Source: Malacoraja senta
Taxonomy: Eukaryota
Length of the DNA: 64,000 bases
Direction: 5' to 3'
Assembly: GCA_038087875.1 (NCBI GenBank)
Contig: JAXLNO010001025.1
Location: forward strand, 124,001-188,000
Positions 24,520 to 38,703 of this stretch are shown here, piece after piece. How positions within the stretch are numbered: the stretch's first letter is position 1; the number at the start of each line of letters is the position of its first letter. A program made the translations under genes and the position numbers. The notes below the pieces were generated by a model. That model did not search any database, was not told the origin of the DNA, and saw nothing but the letters and a program-made list of their open reading frames with translations.

Positions 24520-26551
24520 CTGCAGGAGAAATAGGAAGCTTACAAACCGGACAAGGTCTGGTGTTGTCGTCGCCGATCAACTGGACTCTGACGACTTGCA
24601 TTCATTTTCCAGACTCACTTTATTGACGTGTGCACAAAGAGAGCAGCACAGTCCCAGTTACCTGCTGCTCTGAAATTCCACTCAGCATTTATACAGAGTT
24701 TGACCCTTGAAATTATGCGCACTCTCTAATTTCTAATAATCGAACACAATACATTCTCCACAACACTTATACAAATACAATAACACTAATACCCTGTCTC
24801 ACGGTACGAGTCCACCCACGAGTGATCCCGAGTGAAAGAAAAAATCTAACTCGTGGTTGTCTACGAGATTCCAAGTTTATGTTCACGAGTTTAAACGAGT
24901 TCCCACGTGTATGTCTAAGTTTGCCATTTACTTCTCATTTCTGCGATGTACCAAGTTCCTCTCCCGAGTTACCAAGCTCCTCTCCCGAGTTACTCTTGAG
25001 CCAACAACGACGTGTGGAAAAATCATCACATGGTAAAAATGATGTCATGCAGTTTTTTTTCCACTATAAATAGACACAGCCTGAAGAACGATCTCGACCG
25101 GAAACTTCACCTATTTCTTTTCTCCAGAGATGCTGCCTGACCAGCTGAGTTAGTCCATCATTTTGTGTCTATTTTTGGTTTAAACTAGTATCTGCAATTC
25201 CTTCCTTCAAACTTTTAGAGCAGTTTGTTTCAAGAAACAATCCTTCCAAAATTGCATTTAAAAGTCCATTTGAACAGCATTTGTTCAAGGTCTGGCATCA
25301 ATCATTGAAAGGCATAGGCTGTTTTGTGTCGGGAGGAACTGCAAATGCTGGTTTACACCAAAGATAGACACAAAATGCTGGAGTAACTCAGCAGGACATG
25401 CAGCATTTCTGGAGAGAAGGAATGGGTGACGTTTCTGGTCGAGTCCCTTCTTCAGACTGAAAAAACATTTCGACCCTCCTCTCCAGAGATGCTGCCGGCT
25501 TGGCTGAGTTACTCCAGCTTTTTGTGTCTAATAAGATTGTTTTATTCCCTTAATTTATCTCTCATCAAAACATTGGTAAACTTCTAACAAAAAGATTAGG
25601 TAAATTGAACATCAAGGTTATTTTTTCCCCAAACAGCAAGGTCCGTAGATCAGAGGGATAGCAGTGTGTGTCTCTCTACTCACCCAGTATGTCCGACAGA
25701 GCAGCCGTCCCACCGTCGCGACTTAAACATTATAAAAAGCAGCAGCTCAAAACATTGCTGATTGGGCAAATCTGCCCAGGAACCACCCCTTTCACACTCA
25801 CCCCAGCCCTGGGAAACATTTTTCAGAGCCCAACAGTCAACCCAGCCCGCCCGCGAACCTTTGAATGAAAGACAAAGCTCAGATGTTCTCTTCAGCAGTG
25901 GTGTCCCAGAGTTTCCCAGCGCCTGGCCCAAGTTTCAATTTAAACTCAGGTAAACAGAGTTTTTATTAAAAACCCGAATACAATTGGCCCTTAATTGTAA
26001 ATATGAGAATGTTTTCCTATATTGTACGATAGACTATCTATCATCCGGTGTAGATACCATAATTTATTGGAAAAATATGAATACACGAACACAGGAGTTA
26101 GTTAAGAATTGGAGTCATATCCCATCTACATCTCACACTCTCTCGCTGTGTTTCTAATAAATGTCATTAAGGACTTATGTTATGTGTTTTTGCTGGACTG
26201 AAACCAACCCATTGACAATGTAAAGTTGTGGGTAACTTTTTAGGAAAATACTTGTGATGTAAAGAACCTGAAATTAATTTATTTTTCATAACACACAAAA
26301 ATAACTCTGGTCTTAATTACCAATGCAGCTTGTGAACTTATTTGCGGGTGCGGCAGCATCTATGGAGCGAAGGAAATAGGCAACATTTCGGGCCGAAACC
26401 CTTCTTCAGACTGAAGAAGGGTTTCAGCCCGAAACGTTGCCTATTTCCTTCACTCCATAGATGCTGCCGCACCCGCTGAGTTTCTCCAACACTTTTGTCT
26501 ACCTTCGATTTTCCAGCAACTGGAGTTCCTTCTTGAACTTGTGAACTTATA

Positions 26552-27590
26552 TAGCAATGTTACAAAATTTTGAGATTTTAAAAATAAAGTCTGCAATTTA
26601 TCCCATCAGATAAAGCATAAAAAGAAGTTTAATTTGACACCTAATTCACTTTCATATCTACAGTATTAAAGAAGTTATGGCCATTTTCATACTCGGATAT
26701 TAGCATCTTGTTCCCTATTGCTTTTCCATTGACTTAACACAAAAGCTGTGATCGAGGACATTCAAAAGCCCATAACTTTCTTAAAAATTAAGATAACTGA
26801 AATAAATTTTCAGTTATTATAGATTGAAGCATTCTGAAACAAATATGAAACAATCTTACTTAGAAGACATGAAAGTAAAGCATATAATTAGTTAGTTAAC
26901 TAATTGTAGCTAATTACAAAATTCAATTACTAGATCTAAACATCTATCAATTTCTTAAGAATAGATCAACATTTTTAAATAGCCTGTGTCCAAATAACAT
27001 TCACACAATAATTCACAATATAACATAATTTTTAAATCTCATTTTCATGAATTTACAGGCCAAATGGAAGGAATTGAATGTTTAATACCTGTAAATTAAT
27101 GGGCATTTAAATCATCTTGTGAGTGAGGATTTCTGGAACGCGATCTTTTGGAACGTTCATTTGCGGTGAATTTAACCCCGTATTGGCATGAAAAATACTG
27201 CCGTTAATTCGGGGAATAAAATCACCGTGTCGCATGAAAAAATGTGAATTAAAGGCTTCTTAAGAAGCACTTTTATACATTTAAAGAAACCACTTTCGTT
27301 TACCTGTCCCGTGTGTGAAATCCATCCCCGTTATCGGCGTTGACGCTTCAGGAGCTGCTTTTAAAATTACTCTAGCGCTGACATTGACGATTTAATAAAA
27401 ATAAAAAATTCACAAAACGCCGCTAGGAACGATTTGTCAGCAAACGCTTGTACTCCAACGAAATATAATTCAGGACAAGGGAGGAGAAACCGCATTTTAA
27501 CCCCGCCCCCCCCTTAAAGGCGCCAAAATCGCGCACACGGCCAGTGGCAGAATTACAGCGCGACTGAAGGTAAGTTTTGTAACATACCTA
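26552..27590. mobile_element. Second, inverted copy of the ~1.05-kb TIR element
   Basis: Reverse complement of 51280-52325; flanking direct repeat CTTATA. Confidence 0.8.
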
Positions 27591-28423
27591 CTTATATTGT
27601 GAACTTCCCCACTGAACGCCTCCTATCTTTGGCAAGCATATTGCACGGGTTAGTACAAATACACTTAAAACTCTGAATAGCAACACGCCACGAAGGAGCT
27701 TCCAACGATTCATTTATCAAGAAGCTTGATTAACTCAGCGGGACAGACGGCATCTCTGGAGAGAAGGAATAGGTGACGTTTCGGGTCAAGACCCTTCTTC
27801 GGATTAAACCTGCATCTGCAGTTCCTTCCCATTTATAATTTATAACATTTATAAAATTCCCATTTATAAAATTATAAAATAAAATGTCCCATTTACAACA
27901 TTGTTTTGACCAATTGCTCTCTAACGCGGACAGACTGGGTGGAAAGTGATGCCTGAGAAAATCCCCTGTATAAACGCATCAGCCTTCAATAACTGATGTT
28001 AATTTGTCGGATATAAATCCTGAGACGGGACACCTGTCCCATATACCTGCTTCTCCATAAAAAGTGCATTAACCTAACAAGGATTCATGGCACCGTTTCA
28101 ATGTGAAAAGTTAAAGTTCTGAAGGGAACTAATTAACTCTCGCAATGCGGCTTTCACAACACTGCATGGTTCATTCTTTTTGCCACTGTTTCTCAGATCC
28201 CCGGTGAGTGCTTTTTGCTCCTTAACAGTGAATTGTTAGATCACTGTAAAATTTTCCATTAAGATCTGACTAATCTTCAACATTTCACTTCTGGCACTCA
28301 GGCGAAATCCACAAGTTACTCACGAGTCACTACGGTAAACTCACGGGCTACTACGGTATTACAACGAGTTTAAAAGTTTCACATTTTTCCTTCAAGAGTA
28401 AATTTGACTCGTGGAAATCTTTC

Positions 28424-29969
28424 TTTTTTTTTTTGTGATTAATATCTTTATTAGAAGCAAACATATTATAGAAAAAAAACCTTTTCATATACATCAATCA
28501 TACATTATTAAAATTGTCAATTGTCAATAAATTCTGCTTCTAGTGTTTTTTTTATATAGATAGAAAAAGAGAGGTAGAAAGAAAAAAGCATTACAAATAT
28601 CGAGAGAAAAAAAGAAAAAGAGATGGAATGAGTTATTTATAATACGTCATTGGAGATAAGTTTGTAGGTTATGATAATTTTACATCTAATCCTGAGTTCA
28701 AGCTTCAGTTGGGTTTTCGTGCTGGGCCCATCTATCCCTTCAAATAGTTAATGAATGGTGCCCATATTTTAACAAAAAGTTCTTGTTTGTCCATTAAGAC
28801 AAGTCTAATTCTTTCTAGATGTAGGGTCTCCGACATTTCCACAATCCACATTTTAATTGTGGGGGTTATAGGACCTTTCCAAAATTTTAATATTAATTTT
28901 TTCCAAGTTATTATACTGTAGTCAAGGAAGTTTCTTTGGCTTGTTGTGAGTATTAAACTTTGTTCTGATATCCCAAGCATTATTAATTTTGAGTCTGGAT
29001 CCAATTTAGTATTAACAACTTCAGAAATTATTTCAAAAATATCAATCCAGAATTTTTTGATTTTTATACAATTTGCAAAAGTATGTGTTAAATTGGCCTC
29101 CAGATGTAGGCATTTATCACAAATAGGAGAAATATGTGGGAAGATTCTTAGTTTTATTTTGGAATAATGTAATCTGTGTAAGACTTTAAATTGTATTAAA
29201 GCATGTCTGGCATTTAACGAGCATTGATGTATATGTTGTAAACTTTCGTCCCAAATGTCTTTCGTTATAGAGTGACCTAACTCATTTTCCCATGTTTGTC
29301 TATATAGTTCCATCGGTGGTACCTCATTGTTTAAGAGGATGTTATAGATATAAGCTATTAATTTTTCAGTGTTAGGATGCTTATTCAAACATTCATCAAG
29401 AATTTCTGGCTCCCTAGTCCTATATACTTGTGTATTAGATTTAACATAATCACAAATTTGTAGATATCTGAAAAAATTATTTGAGTGTAGTCCATAATTC
29501 TGTTGTAACTCTTGAAATGACAGAAAGATGCCTTCCCTATAAAGATGTCCAATCTTTTTAATTCCATAATTTTTCCATTGTATAAAACCTCTATCCAATA
29601 TGGATGGTTTGAATAAAGGATTATTTACAATGGGAAGACATAGTGGTATATTATTCAGTTTTAAAGCTTTTTTTAATTGTGTCCAAATTCGTATTCCACT
29701 ATGTATTATAGGGTTTTCCTTATAGGTTTTTTAATGCAATTTTGTGGGAGCAAATATAATCGAACCAATTTCAAAAGGTAAACAGTCTTCCTTTTCCATC
29801 CTTAACCAATCTGGATATTGATCCATTTCTTCCAGCCAGAAATTCATGTTTTTAATATAGAGTGCCCAAAAATAAAATAAGAAATTTGGCATTACATAAA
29901 TGACTTACATAAATGTTTTTTACTCCATTGTTACAAGCTTTATTTGGGATTATAAGAATCATAGAATAA
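28424..29969 (-). mobile_element. 5'-truncated L1/Tx1-clade LINE
   Basis: ORF 28732-29598 with C-terminal CDKC...HTFANC zinc-knuckle region, poly(A) tail at 28424-28434, 13-bp TSD GTGGAAATCTTTC at 28411-28423 and 29970-29982. Confidence 0.88.
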
Positions 29970-31639
29970 GTGGAAATCTTTCAACATATTGAAAAATTTT
30001 CACGAGTTAACAAGTTTCCGGAGTACCTGCCGTTAGTGTTACGAGTCGCTAAGTTACATCCACGAGTTCCCGCTAGGTTAATTCTACGTGATTACGAGTT
30101 TGATTTGTTTTTAACTCGGGATCACTCGTGGGTGAACTCGCACCGTGAGACAGGGGTTTAACACAAATAAAACTACATGCTGTTCAATTCTTTATTGGTA
30201 TTTAATTTTAGTGCACCATAGAAAGCATTTTATCAGGATGCATCACGGCATGGTTTGGGAACAGCGCCATCCAAGAAATGACAGCAAATTGTGGTTGCAG
30301 CCCAGATCATCACACAAACTAACCTCCCTTCCACTGACTCCATTTACATCTCACGCTGCCTCAGTGAGGCCAGCAGCATTATCAAGCACAAGTCGCACCC
30401 TGGCCACTCTCTCTTCTCCCCTCTCCCATCAGGCAAAAGGTATAGGTGTGAAAACGCACACCTCCAGATTCAGGGACAGTTTCTTCCCAGCTGTTATCAA
30501 GCAACTGAACCATCCCCTCGCCAACTAGAGCGCAGTCCTGAGCTATCACCTACCTCACTGGAGACCCTCGCACTATGTATAATCGGACATTACATTGCAC
30601 AAAACATTATTCCCTGGTGGAATGACTGGTTAGCATGCAACAAAAAGCATTTTCACTGTACCTCGGTCTACGTGACAATAAACTAAACTAAACAACCCTC
30701 GGCCCACACAACGGGCATTGCATCCCCCACCCTAGACCATTACTCCTTCCACCATCGACGCTTCACGCTGCCTCAGGAAAGCAGCCAACATCATTGAGCA
30801 ACCCTCACATCCCAGTCATTGTCTCTACTCCCATCTCCAGAAGATACAAGAAGCTTGAAAGCACGTAGCAGCAGATTCAAGAACTGATTTACTTTAAGCA
30901 CCAACAAGCAGATGTTTAATTGTAACATTGGAATAGAAGAGTTACCAATGATGAGTTGTCTCTTTTATTCAACATCATCCGTGCACACCCACTGAGGACA
31001 GAGACTCCTCAAACAACCATCCCCCTTGTTAGACACAGATGTCATGTGTGGCTCAGTGGTGAGCAATGTCACCTCATGAAAGCTGCTGTCTTTGGGATGA
31101 GGCTTTAAGGAGGTGCTTCTCAGGTAGATATCAGCAATGCTACGACATGACCACGAGAGTTCTGCTCAGAGTCCTGAGCTAATATTTATCCTGAAACCAA
31201 ACAGCTAAACACAGGTGGGCTGTGGGAGAGCTGGGAAGGGGAGGGGAAAGAGGGAGAAAGCAAGGACTACCTGACGCAGGCGATCTGGCCAGATTTGGTT
31301 TGCAATGTGGGAGCTTGCATCAGGTACATTGTCACAGCTGGGCTAGGAAAGACCATGGTCCAATCAGATCACCTTGTGTCACCCTGACGGTCGCATGGCA
31401 CAGTGATAATGGAGTTAATGACCAACGACCACAATCAACCTCTGTCTTCAACTGGTCCAGGCGTGGGTGTGAGAACACCCAATGGTGGAAGGTTATGGAC
31501 ACATAGATCCAACAACACCTATTTCTCCCAGAATGTGCTTCTCCTAGAATGTGCACACCTCACATCCCAAGCTACCCATGTACTCCCACCCAAAACACAC
31601 CAGTCAAGGACACGCACACAAAACCTTTTTCACATCACA

Positions 31640-31645
31640 TTTATT
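31640..31645 (-). terminator. Polyadenylation signal of the long secreted form
   Basis: AATAAA ~295 nt after the C6 stop, followed by a GT-rich tract. Confidence 0.7.
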
Positions 31646-31937
31646 GAACTTGTATTGGTACATTGACACATACATAGATTTAATACATCGTGTGATCCCA
31701 TACATGGTTGAAATCTGTTCAAGCATGGCAGAAAAAGTTCTGTAAATGTATCCAGAAGCTCAGACATTTGTGGTGAATCATGGCTGTGGCTTAATTTGTA
31801 TCTTGTGTGGAATTTTGTTTTTAATGATTTACAAAGGTTCACATTTTGATGATGTATTAGGGAACTAACCCATCATCCTCTGGGTCAGTTAACAAATCCA
31901 GAAATGAACAAAACAAATGTTTGAGAAATGAATCATG

Positions 31938-32323
31938 TTACACACAAGATTTAAAGCTATCAGCCAGAACAAGTGAGACATTGACCAGGGTGGGTTTGTT
32001 GTGAGATTTATTGATGCTTCTGAATAGGCTGGTTGTGATGGACCCGTGTCCCACAACACAGGAGAAGGTGGTGCCACTGTTCCACTCCTCTGGAGAAACC
32101 TTCAACTGACTGGTCATGGTGTTCCACCCTTTCCTGGTGTCCTTGGTCACGGGCTGGTTCACGATCCCTGTCTTCAGAAGGGTGTCGTTGGCCATCCAGG
32201 CCACATAGATGTCTGCAGGAGAGAATCTGGTGACCAGGCACGTCAAGGTGGCCGTCTCATCCGTCTCCACCTCATCCAAAGAAGGGGGGAGGAGGTAGAC
32301 TTGAGGACGACTCTCAACTCCAT
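31938..32323 (-). CDS. IgW: IgW CH6 exon with long-form secretory tailpiece (...KPTLVNVSLVLADSFKSCV*)
   Basis: Acceptor ctcttttcccag|AT; DGVESRPQVYLLPPS...TLTCLVTRFSP...W...WNSGTTFSC; tailpiece with N-V-S sequon and penultimate Cys. Confidence 0.95.
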
Positions 32324-32379
32324 CTGGGAAAAGAGAGAACCTGAGTTAGACTGAATCTGTCAGTAATTCTGTACTTACA

Positions 32380-35300
32380 TAGAAACATAGAAACATAGAA
32401 ATTAGGTGCAGGAGTAGGCCATTCGGCCCTTCGAGCCTGCACCGCCATTCAATATGATCATGGCTGATCATCCAACTCAGTATCCCGTACCTGCCTTCTC
32501 TCCATACCCTCTGATCCCAAGGGCCACATCTAACTCCCTCTTAAATATAGCCAATGAACTGGCCTCGACTACCCTCTGTGGCAGAGAGTTCCAGAGATTC
32601 ACCACTTTCTGTGTGAAAAAAGTTCTTCTCATCTCGGTTTTAAAGGATTTCCCCCTTATCCTTAAGCTGTGACCCCTTGTCCTGGACTTCCCCAACATCG
32701 GGAGCAATCTTCCTGCATCTAGCCTGTCCAACCCCTTAAGAATTTTGTAAGTTTCTATAAGATCCCCTCTCAATCTCCTAAATTCTAGAGAGTATAAACC
32801 AAGTCTAGCCAGTCTTTCTTCATAAAGACAGTCCTGACATCCCAGGAATCAGTCTGGTGAACCTTCTCTGCACTCCCTCTATGGCAATAATGTCCTTCCT
32901 CAGATTTGGAGACCAAAACTGTACGCAATACTCCAGGTGTGGTCTCATCAAGACCCTGTACAACTGCAGTAGAACCTCCCTGCTCCTATACTCAAATCCT
33001 TTTGCTATGAAAGCTAACATACCATTCGCTTTCTTCACTGCCTGCTGCACCTGCATGCCTACTTTCAATGACTGGTGTACCATGACACCCAGGTCTCGCT
33101 GCATATCCCCTTTTCCTAGTCGGCCACCATTTAGATAATAGTCAGCTTTCCTGTTTTTGCCACCAAAATGGATAACCTCACATTTATCCACATTATACTG
33201 CATCTGCCAAACATTTGCCCACTCACCCAGCCTATCCAAGTCACCTTGCAGTCTCCTAGCATCCTCCTCACAGCTAACACTGCCCCCCAGCTTAGTGTCA
33301 TCCGCAAACTTGGAGATATTGCCTTCAATTCCCTCATCCAGATCATTAATATATATTGTAAATAGCTGGGGTCCCAGCACTGAGCCTTGCGGTACCCCAC
33401 TAGTCACTGCCTGCCATTGTGAAAAGGACCCGTTTACTCCTACTCTTTGCTTCCTGTTTGCCAGCCAGTTCTCTATCCACATCAATACTGAACCCCCAAT
33501 GCCATGTGCTTTAAGTTTGTATACTAATCTCTTATGTGGGACCTTGTCGAAAGCCTTCTGGAAGTCCAGATACACCACATCCACTGGTTCTCCCCTATCC
33601 ACGCTACTAGTTACATCCTCGAAAAATTCTATAAGATTCGTCAGACATGATTTAACTTTCGTAAATCCATGCTGACTTTGTCCAATAATTTCACCACTTT
33701 CCAAATGTGCTGCTATCCCATCTTTAATAACTGACTCTAGCAGTTTCCCCACTACCGATGTTAGACTAACTGGTCTGTAATTCCCCGTTTTCTCTCTCCC
33801 TCCCTTCCTAAAAAGTGGGGTTATATTTGCTACCCGCCAATCCTCGAACTACTCCAGAATCTAAAGAGTTTTGAAAGATTATTACTAATGCATCCACTAT
33901 TTCTGGAGCTACGTCCTTAAGTACTCTGGGATGCAGCCTATCTGGCCCTGGGGATTTATCGGCCTTTAATCCATTCAATTTACCCAACACCACTTCCCGA
34001 CTAACCTGGATTTCACTCAACTCCTCCAACTCCTTTGACCCGCGGTCCCCTGCTATTTCCGGCAGATTATTTATGTCTTCCTTAGTGAAGACGGAACAAA
34101 AGTAGTTATTCAATTGGTCCGCCATATCCTTGTTCCCCATGATTAACTCACCTGTTTCTGACTGCAAGGGACCTACATTTGTTTTAACTAATCTCTTTCT
34201 TTTCACATATCTATAAAAACTTTTGCAGTCAGTTTTTATGTTCCCTGACAGTTTTCTTTCATAATCTATTTTTCCTTTCCTAATTAAGCCCTTTGTCCTC
34301 CTCTGCTGGTCTCTGAATTTCTACCAGTCCTCCGGTATGCTGCTTTTTCTGGCTAATTTGTACGCATCATCCTTCGCTTTGATACCATCCCTGATTTCCC
34401 TTGTTATCCACGGATGCACTACCTTCCCTGATTTATTCTTTTGCCAAACTGGGATGAACATTTTTTGTAGTTCATCCATGCAGTCTTTAAATGTCTTCCA
34501 TTGCATATCCACCGTCAACCCTTTTAGAATTAATTGCCAGTCAATCTTGGCCAATTCACGTCTCATACCCTCAAAGTTACCTTTCTTTAAGTTCAGAACC
34601 ATTGTTTCTGAATTAACAATGTCACTCTCCATCCTAATGAAGAACTCAACCATATTATGGTCACTCTTGCCCAAGGGGGCATGTACAACAAGACTGCTAA
34701 CTAACCCTTCCTCATTACTCAATACCCAGTGTAAAATAGCCTGCTCTCTCGTTGGTTCCTCTACATGTTGATTTAGATAACTATCCCGCATACATTCCAA
34801 GAAATCCTCTTCCTCAGCACCCCTGCCAATTTGATTCACCCAATCTATATGTAGATTGAAGTCACCCATTATAACTGTTTTGCCTTTGTCGCACGCATTC
34901 TAATTTCCTGTTTGATACCATCTCTAACTTCACTACTACTGTTAAGTGGCCTGTACACAACACCCACCAGCGTTTTCTTCCCCTTAGTGTTTCGCAGCTC
35001 TACCCATACCGATTCCACATCCTCCAAGATAATGTCCTTCCTTTCCACTGCGTTAATCTCCTCTCTAACCAGCAACGCTACCCCACCTCCTTTTCCTTTC
35101 TCTCTATCCCTCCTGAATATTGAATATTGAATATTGAATATTCAGCTCCCAGCCTTGGTCACCCTGGAGCCATGTCTCCGTGATCCCAACTATATCATAG
35201 TCATTAATAGCTATCTGCACATTCAACTCATCCACCTTATTACGAATGCTCCTTGCATTGAGACACAAAGACTTCAGGCTTGTTTTTACAACACTCTTAC
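32380..35300 (-). mobile_element. CR1 LINE, near full-length ORF2 (disrupted)
   Basis: APE endonuclease 34300-35270, RT ORF 32820-33752, 3' (TTTCTATG)n tail. Confidence 0.92.
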
Positions 35301-36769
35301 CCCTTATACAATTATGTTGAAAATTGTACTTGTAGGATTGGAATGTACTTACCCAATACATTCCAATCTTATACTGACATGGACACCGTTTACATCCTGA
35401 GGGACCTCAGTTCACCTGAAACTAAAGGCTGTTCCTTTCTGCTCATTGTAGGGATGTGTGGAAGAGAAATCATGCCTCTGGTGCATTTTACAGGGTGGCA
35501 TGGTGGCGCAGCGGTAGAATTGCTGCCTCCAATGCCAGAGACATGGGTTTGATCGCAACTATGGGTGGTGTCTGTATGGAGTTTGTACGTGACGACGTGG
35601 GTTTTCTCCGGGTGCTCAGGTTTCCTCCCACACTCCAAAAACGTACATGTTCTCTGTAAGGCGGGACTGTCATATGCTGAGAGAATGGAGCGGCTGGGCT
35701 TGTATACTCTGGAATTTAGAAGGATGAGAGGGAATCTGATCGAAACATAAGATTATTAAGGGTTTGGAAACGTTAGAGGCAGGAAACATGTTCCCGATGT
35801 TCGGGGAGTCCAGAACCAGGGGCCACAGTTTAAGAATTAGGGGTAAGCCATTTTGAACAGAGATGAAACCACTTTTTCCCACATTTTTGTGTACCTTCGA
35901 TTTTCCAGCATCTGCAGTTCCTTCTTTAACACTTTTCCCACAGAGAGTTGTGAGTTTGTGGAATTCTCTCCCTCAGAGGGCTGCGGTGGCTGATTCTCTG
36001 GATACTTTCAAGAGAGAGCTAGATAGGGCTCTTAAAGATAGCGGAGTCAGAGGATATGGGGAGAAGGTGGGATCGGGGTACTGATTGGGGATGATCAGCC
36101 ACGATCACATTGAAAGGCGGTGCTGGCTCGAAGGGCCGAATGGCCTACTCCTGCACCTATTGTCTATTGTCTATTGTTTGTAGGCTAATTGTTTTGGTTT
36201 AATTGTAAATTGTCCTTGGTATGTGCTGGGTTGTGTTAGTGTGCGAGGATCGCTGGTCGGCCCGGACTTGATGGGCCGAAGGGCACTGTTTCTCTAAACT
36301 AAACTGAACTATAGCTTCCAGTGAGTTTAAATTGGTTAGTTAATCAACAGGAACCACTGAATACTGAGACTCTACAGAAAGTGGAACTCAGTCCTTGGAC
36401 CAGCCTGGTCCTGCGCTGTCTGTTCCATCTCCCCTTCTGCTTAAATGATCTGCTGGACTTTGCCTCAAGCTCCTTGCCCTTCCAGTCCTGACTCAGTCTG
36501 TATCTCAGCTTGTGAAAGCAGCAAATCCCTCTCCCTCGACACTGTCTAAGCAGCTCACGCTGTGGGAACAAGTGTGGTTTTGGGCGAGGCTGTCGTGGTG
36601 ACTTGGGATTTTAATGATGTGGTTAATCAGCTGAGTTGAATCTTCTTTTGCTCCCTCACACTCTCTGACCATCTGTATGTCCACCCAATATCCATTAGAT
36701 TTCCACTGGAGTTTAGAAAAATGCAAAGGAATCTGAGAGAAACTATTAAATTCTTAACCGGATTGATGA

Positions 36770-37985
36770 AGGGGAGCCAGTGGATGTAGTGTATCTAGAC
36801 TTTCAGAAAGCCTTTGATAAGGTCCCGCACGGGAGATTGGTGACTAAAATTATAGCACATGATATTGGGTAGGGTGTTGACGTGGATAGAAAATTGGTTG
36901 GCAGACAGCAAGCAAAGAGTAGAACAGGTCCTTTTCAGAATGGCAAGCAGTGGCGAGTGGAGTGCCGCAAGGCTCGGTGTTGGGGCCGCAACTGTTTACA
37001 TTATATGTTAATGATTTGGAAGAGGGAATTAGGAGCAACACTAGCTAGTTTGCAGATGACACAAAGCTGGGTGGCAGTGTGAACTGTGAAGAGGATGCTA
37101 GGAGGTTGCAAGGTGTCCAGGACAGGTTGAGTGAGTGGGCAGATGCGTGGCAGATGCAGTATAATATAGATAAATGTGAGGTTATCCACTTTGGTGGCAA
37201 AAACAAGGGGGCAGATTATTATCTCAATGGGGTTAGGTTAGGTTAGGTAAGGGGGAAGTACAGCGAGACCTGGGTGTCCATGTACACCGGTCACTGAAAG
37301 TTAGCGTGCAGATACAGCAGGCAGTGAAGAAAGCTAATGGCCTTCATAACTAGAGGATTTCAGTATAGGAGTAGAGAGGTTCTTCTGTAGTTGTATAGGA
37401 CTCTGGTAAGAACACATCTGGACTATTGTGTACAGTTTTGGTCTCCTAATTTGAGGAAGGACATCCTTGTCATTGAAGCAGTGCATCGTAGGTTCACGAG
37501 ATTGATCCCTGGGATGGCGGGACTGTCATATGAGGAAAGATTGAAAAGACTAGGCTTGTATTCACTGGAGTTTAGAAGGATGAAGGGCAATCTTATGGAA
37601 ACATATAAAATTATAAAAGGACTGGACAAGCTAGATGCAGGAAAAATGTTCCCAATGTTGGGCGAGTCCAGAACCAGGGGGTCAGTCTTAGAATAAAGGG
37701 GAGGCCATTTAAGACTGAGGTGAGAAAAAACGTTTTCATTCAGAGAGTTGTGAACTTGTGGAATTCCCTGCAACAGAGGGCAGTGGAGGCCAAATCACTG
37801 GATGGATTTAAGAGAGAGTTAGATAGAGCTCTAGGGGCTAGTGGAATCAAGGGATATGGGGAGAAGGCAGGCGCGGGTTATTGATTGGGGACGATCAGCC
37901 ATGATCACAATGAATGGCGGTGCGGGCTCGAAGGGCTGAATGGCCTACTCCTGCACCTATTTTCTATGTTTCTATGTTTCTATGA
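36770..37985 (+). mobile_element. CR1 LINE 3' fragment
   Basis: RT remnants and (TTTCTATG)n tail at 37960-37984. Confidence 0.85.
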
Positions 37986-38382
37986 ACAGGTGAGGCAGAG
38001 GAAGAATGTTTCAGATATTGGGGAATCCAGGCCAGGAGATGACAGTCTGAGGTGAAGGTGTGTAGGTGTGAGAGGGGGAGAAATGTCTTCACCCAGACAG
38101 TGGTGAACCTGGGCATTCTCTGCCACAGACAGCACTGAAGCCCAATTATCAGATATATGCAAGAATGAGTTGGATCTAGTTCTTAGGGTAAAGGGATCAA
38201 GGAATATGGCGAGAATGCAGGAAGTGAGTACTGAATATGGATGATCACCCGTGCTCATATTGAAGGTCTGTGCAGGATTGAAGGGCTGAATGGCCTGCTC
38301 CTGCAATTATTTTCTATGCTGGATGTGATAAATCTGTCCATTTGCTCAGATCAGACTCGCACCAACCTCTGTCCACACGTAC

Positions 38383-38703
38383 CTGTCGGCTTCTCCAAGG
38401 ATCTGCTCTCCGGTGTTGGCAAACTCTTGTCCTCCACCACACAGGTGTACAGAGCCCCACTCTCCCACTCTGCAGCGGGGGCCGTCAGTCCGCTGGTGAT
38501 GGTGTCTGCACCTCCGATCCTCTCTGCACCACGAGTTGTCACCCCGTCTTCTCTCTTCATTCCATTCACTTGCCAGGTTACCCTGAATTCCTCTAAATCA
38601 CTGTGAACCACCTTACACAGAATGGTGGCTGTCTTGTTGATCCAGATCTCTTCGAAGGAAGGTTTGCTTAAAGTGACCGAGGGGCGGGTATCTGAACAGT
38701 CAT
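38383..38703 (-). CDS. IgW: IgW CH5 exon
   Basis: Acceptor gatttctcccag|AT, donor ACAG|GTACG, 321 nt; DDCSDTRPSVTLSKPSFEEIWINKTATILC...W...EWESGALYTC. Confidence 0.94.

Larger units (their letters stand above)
24790..30157. mobile_element. Large non-autonomous TIR DNA element hosting nested insertions
   Basis: ~45-bp imperfect inverted termini ACCCTGTCTCACGGTACGAGTCCACCCACGAGTGATCCCGAGT and its complement at ~30115-30157; CGAGT-rich subtermini. Confidence 0.72.

Noticed and set aside
36340-36705. Strong acceptor at 36705 and an SQDWKG string resembling a C-domain E-F loop
   Set aside because: Phase-1 frame stops after VEI; no Cys/Trp spacing or donor supports an exon
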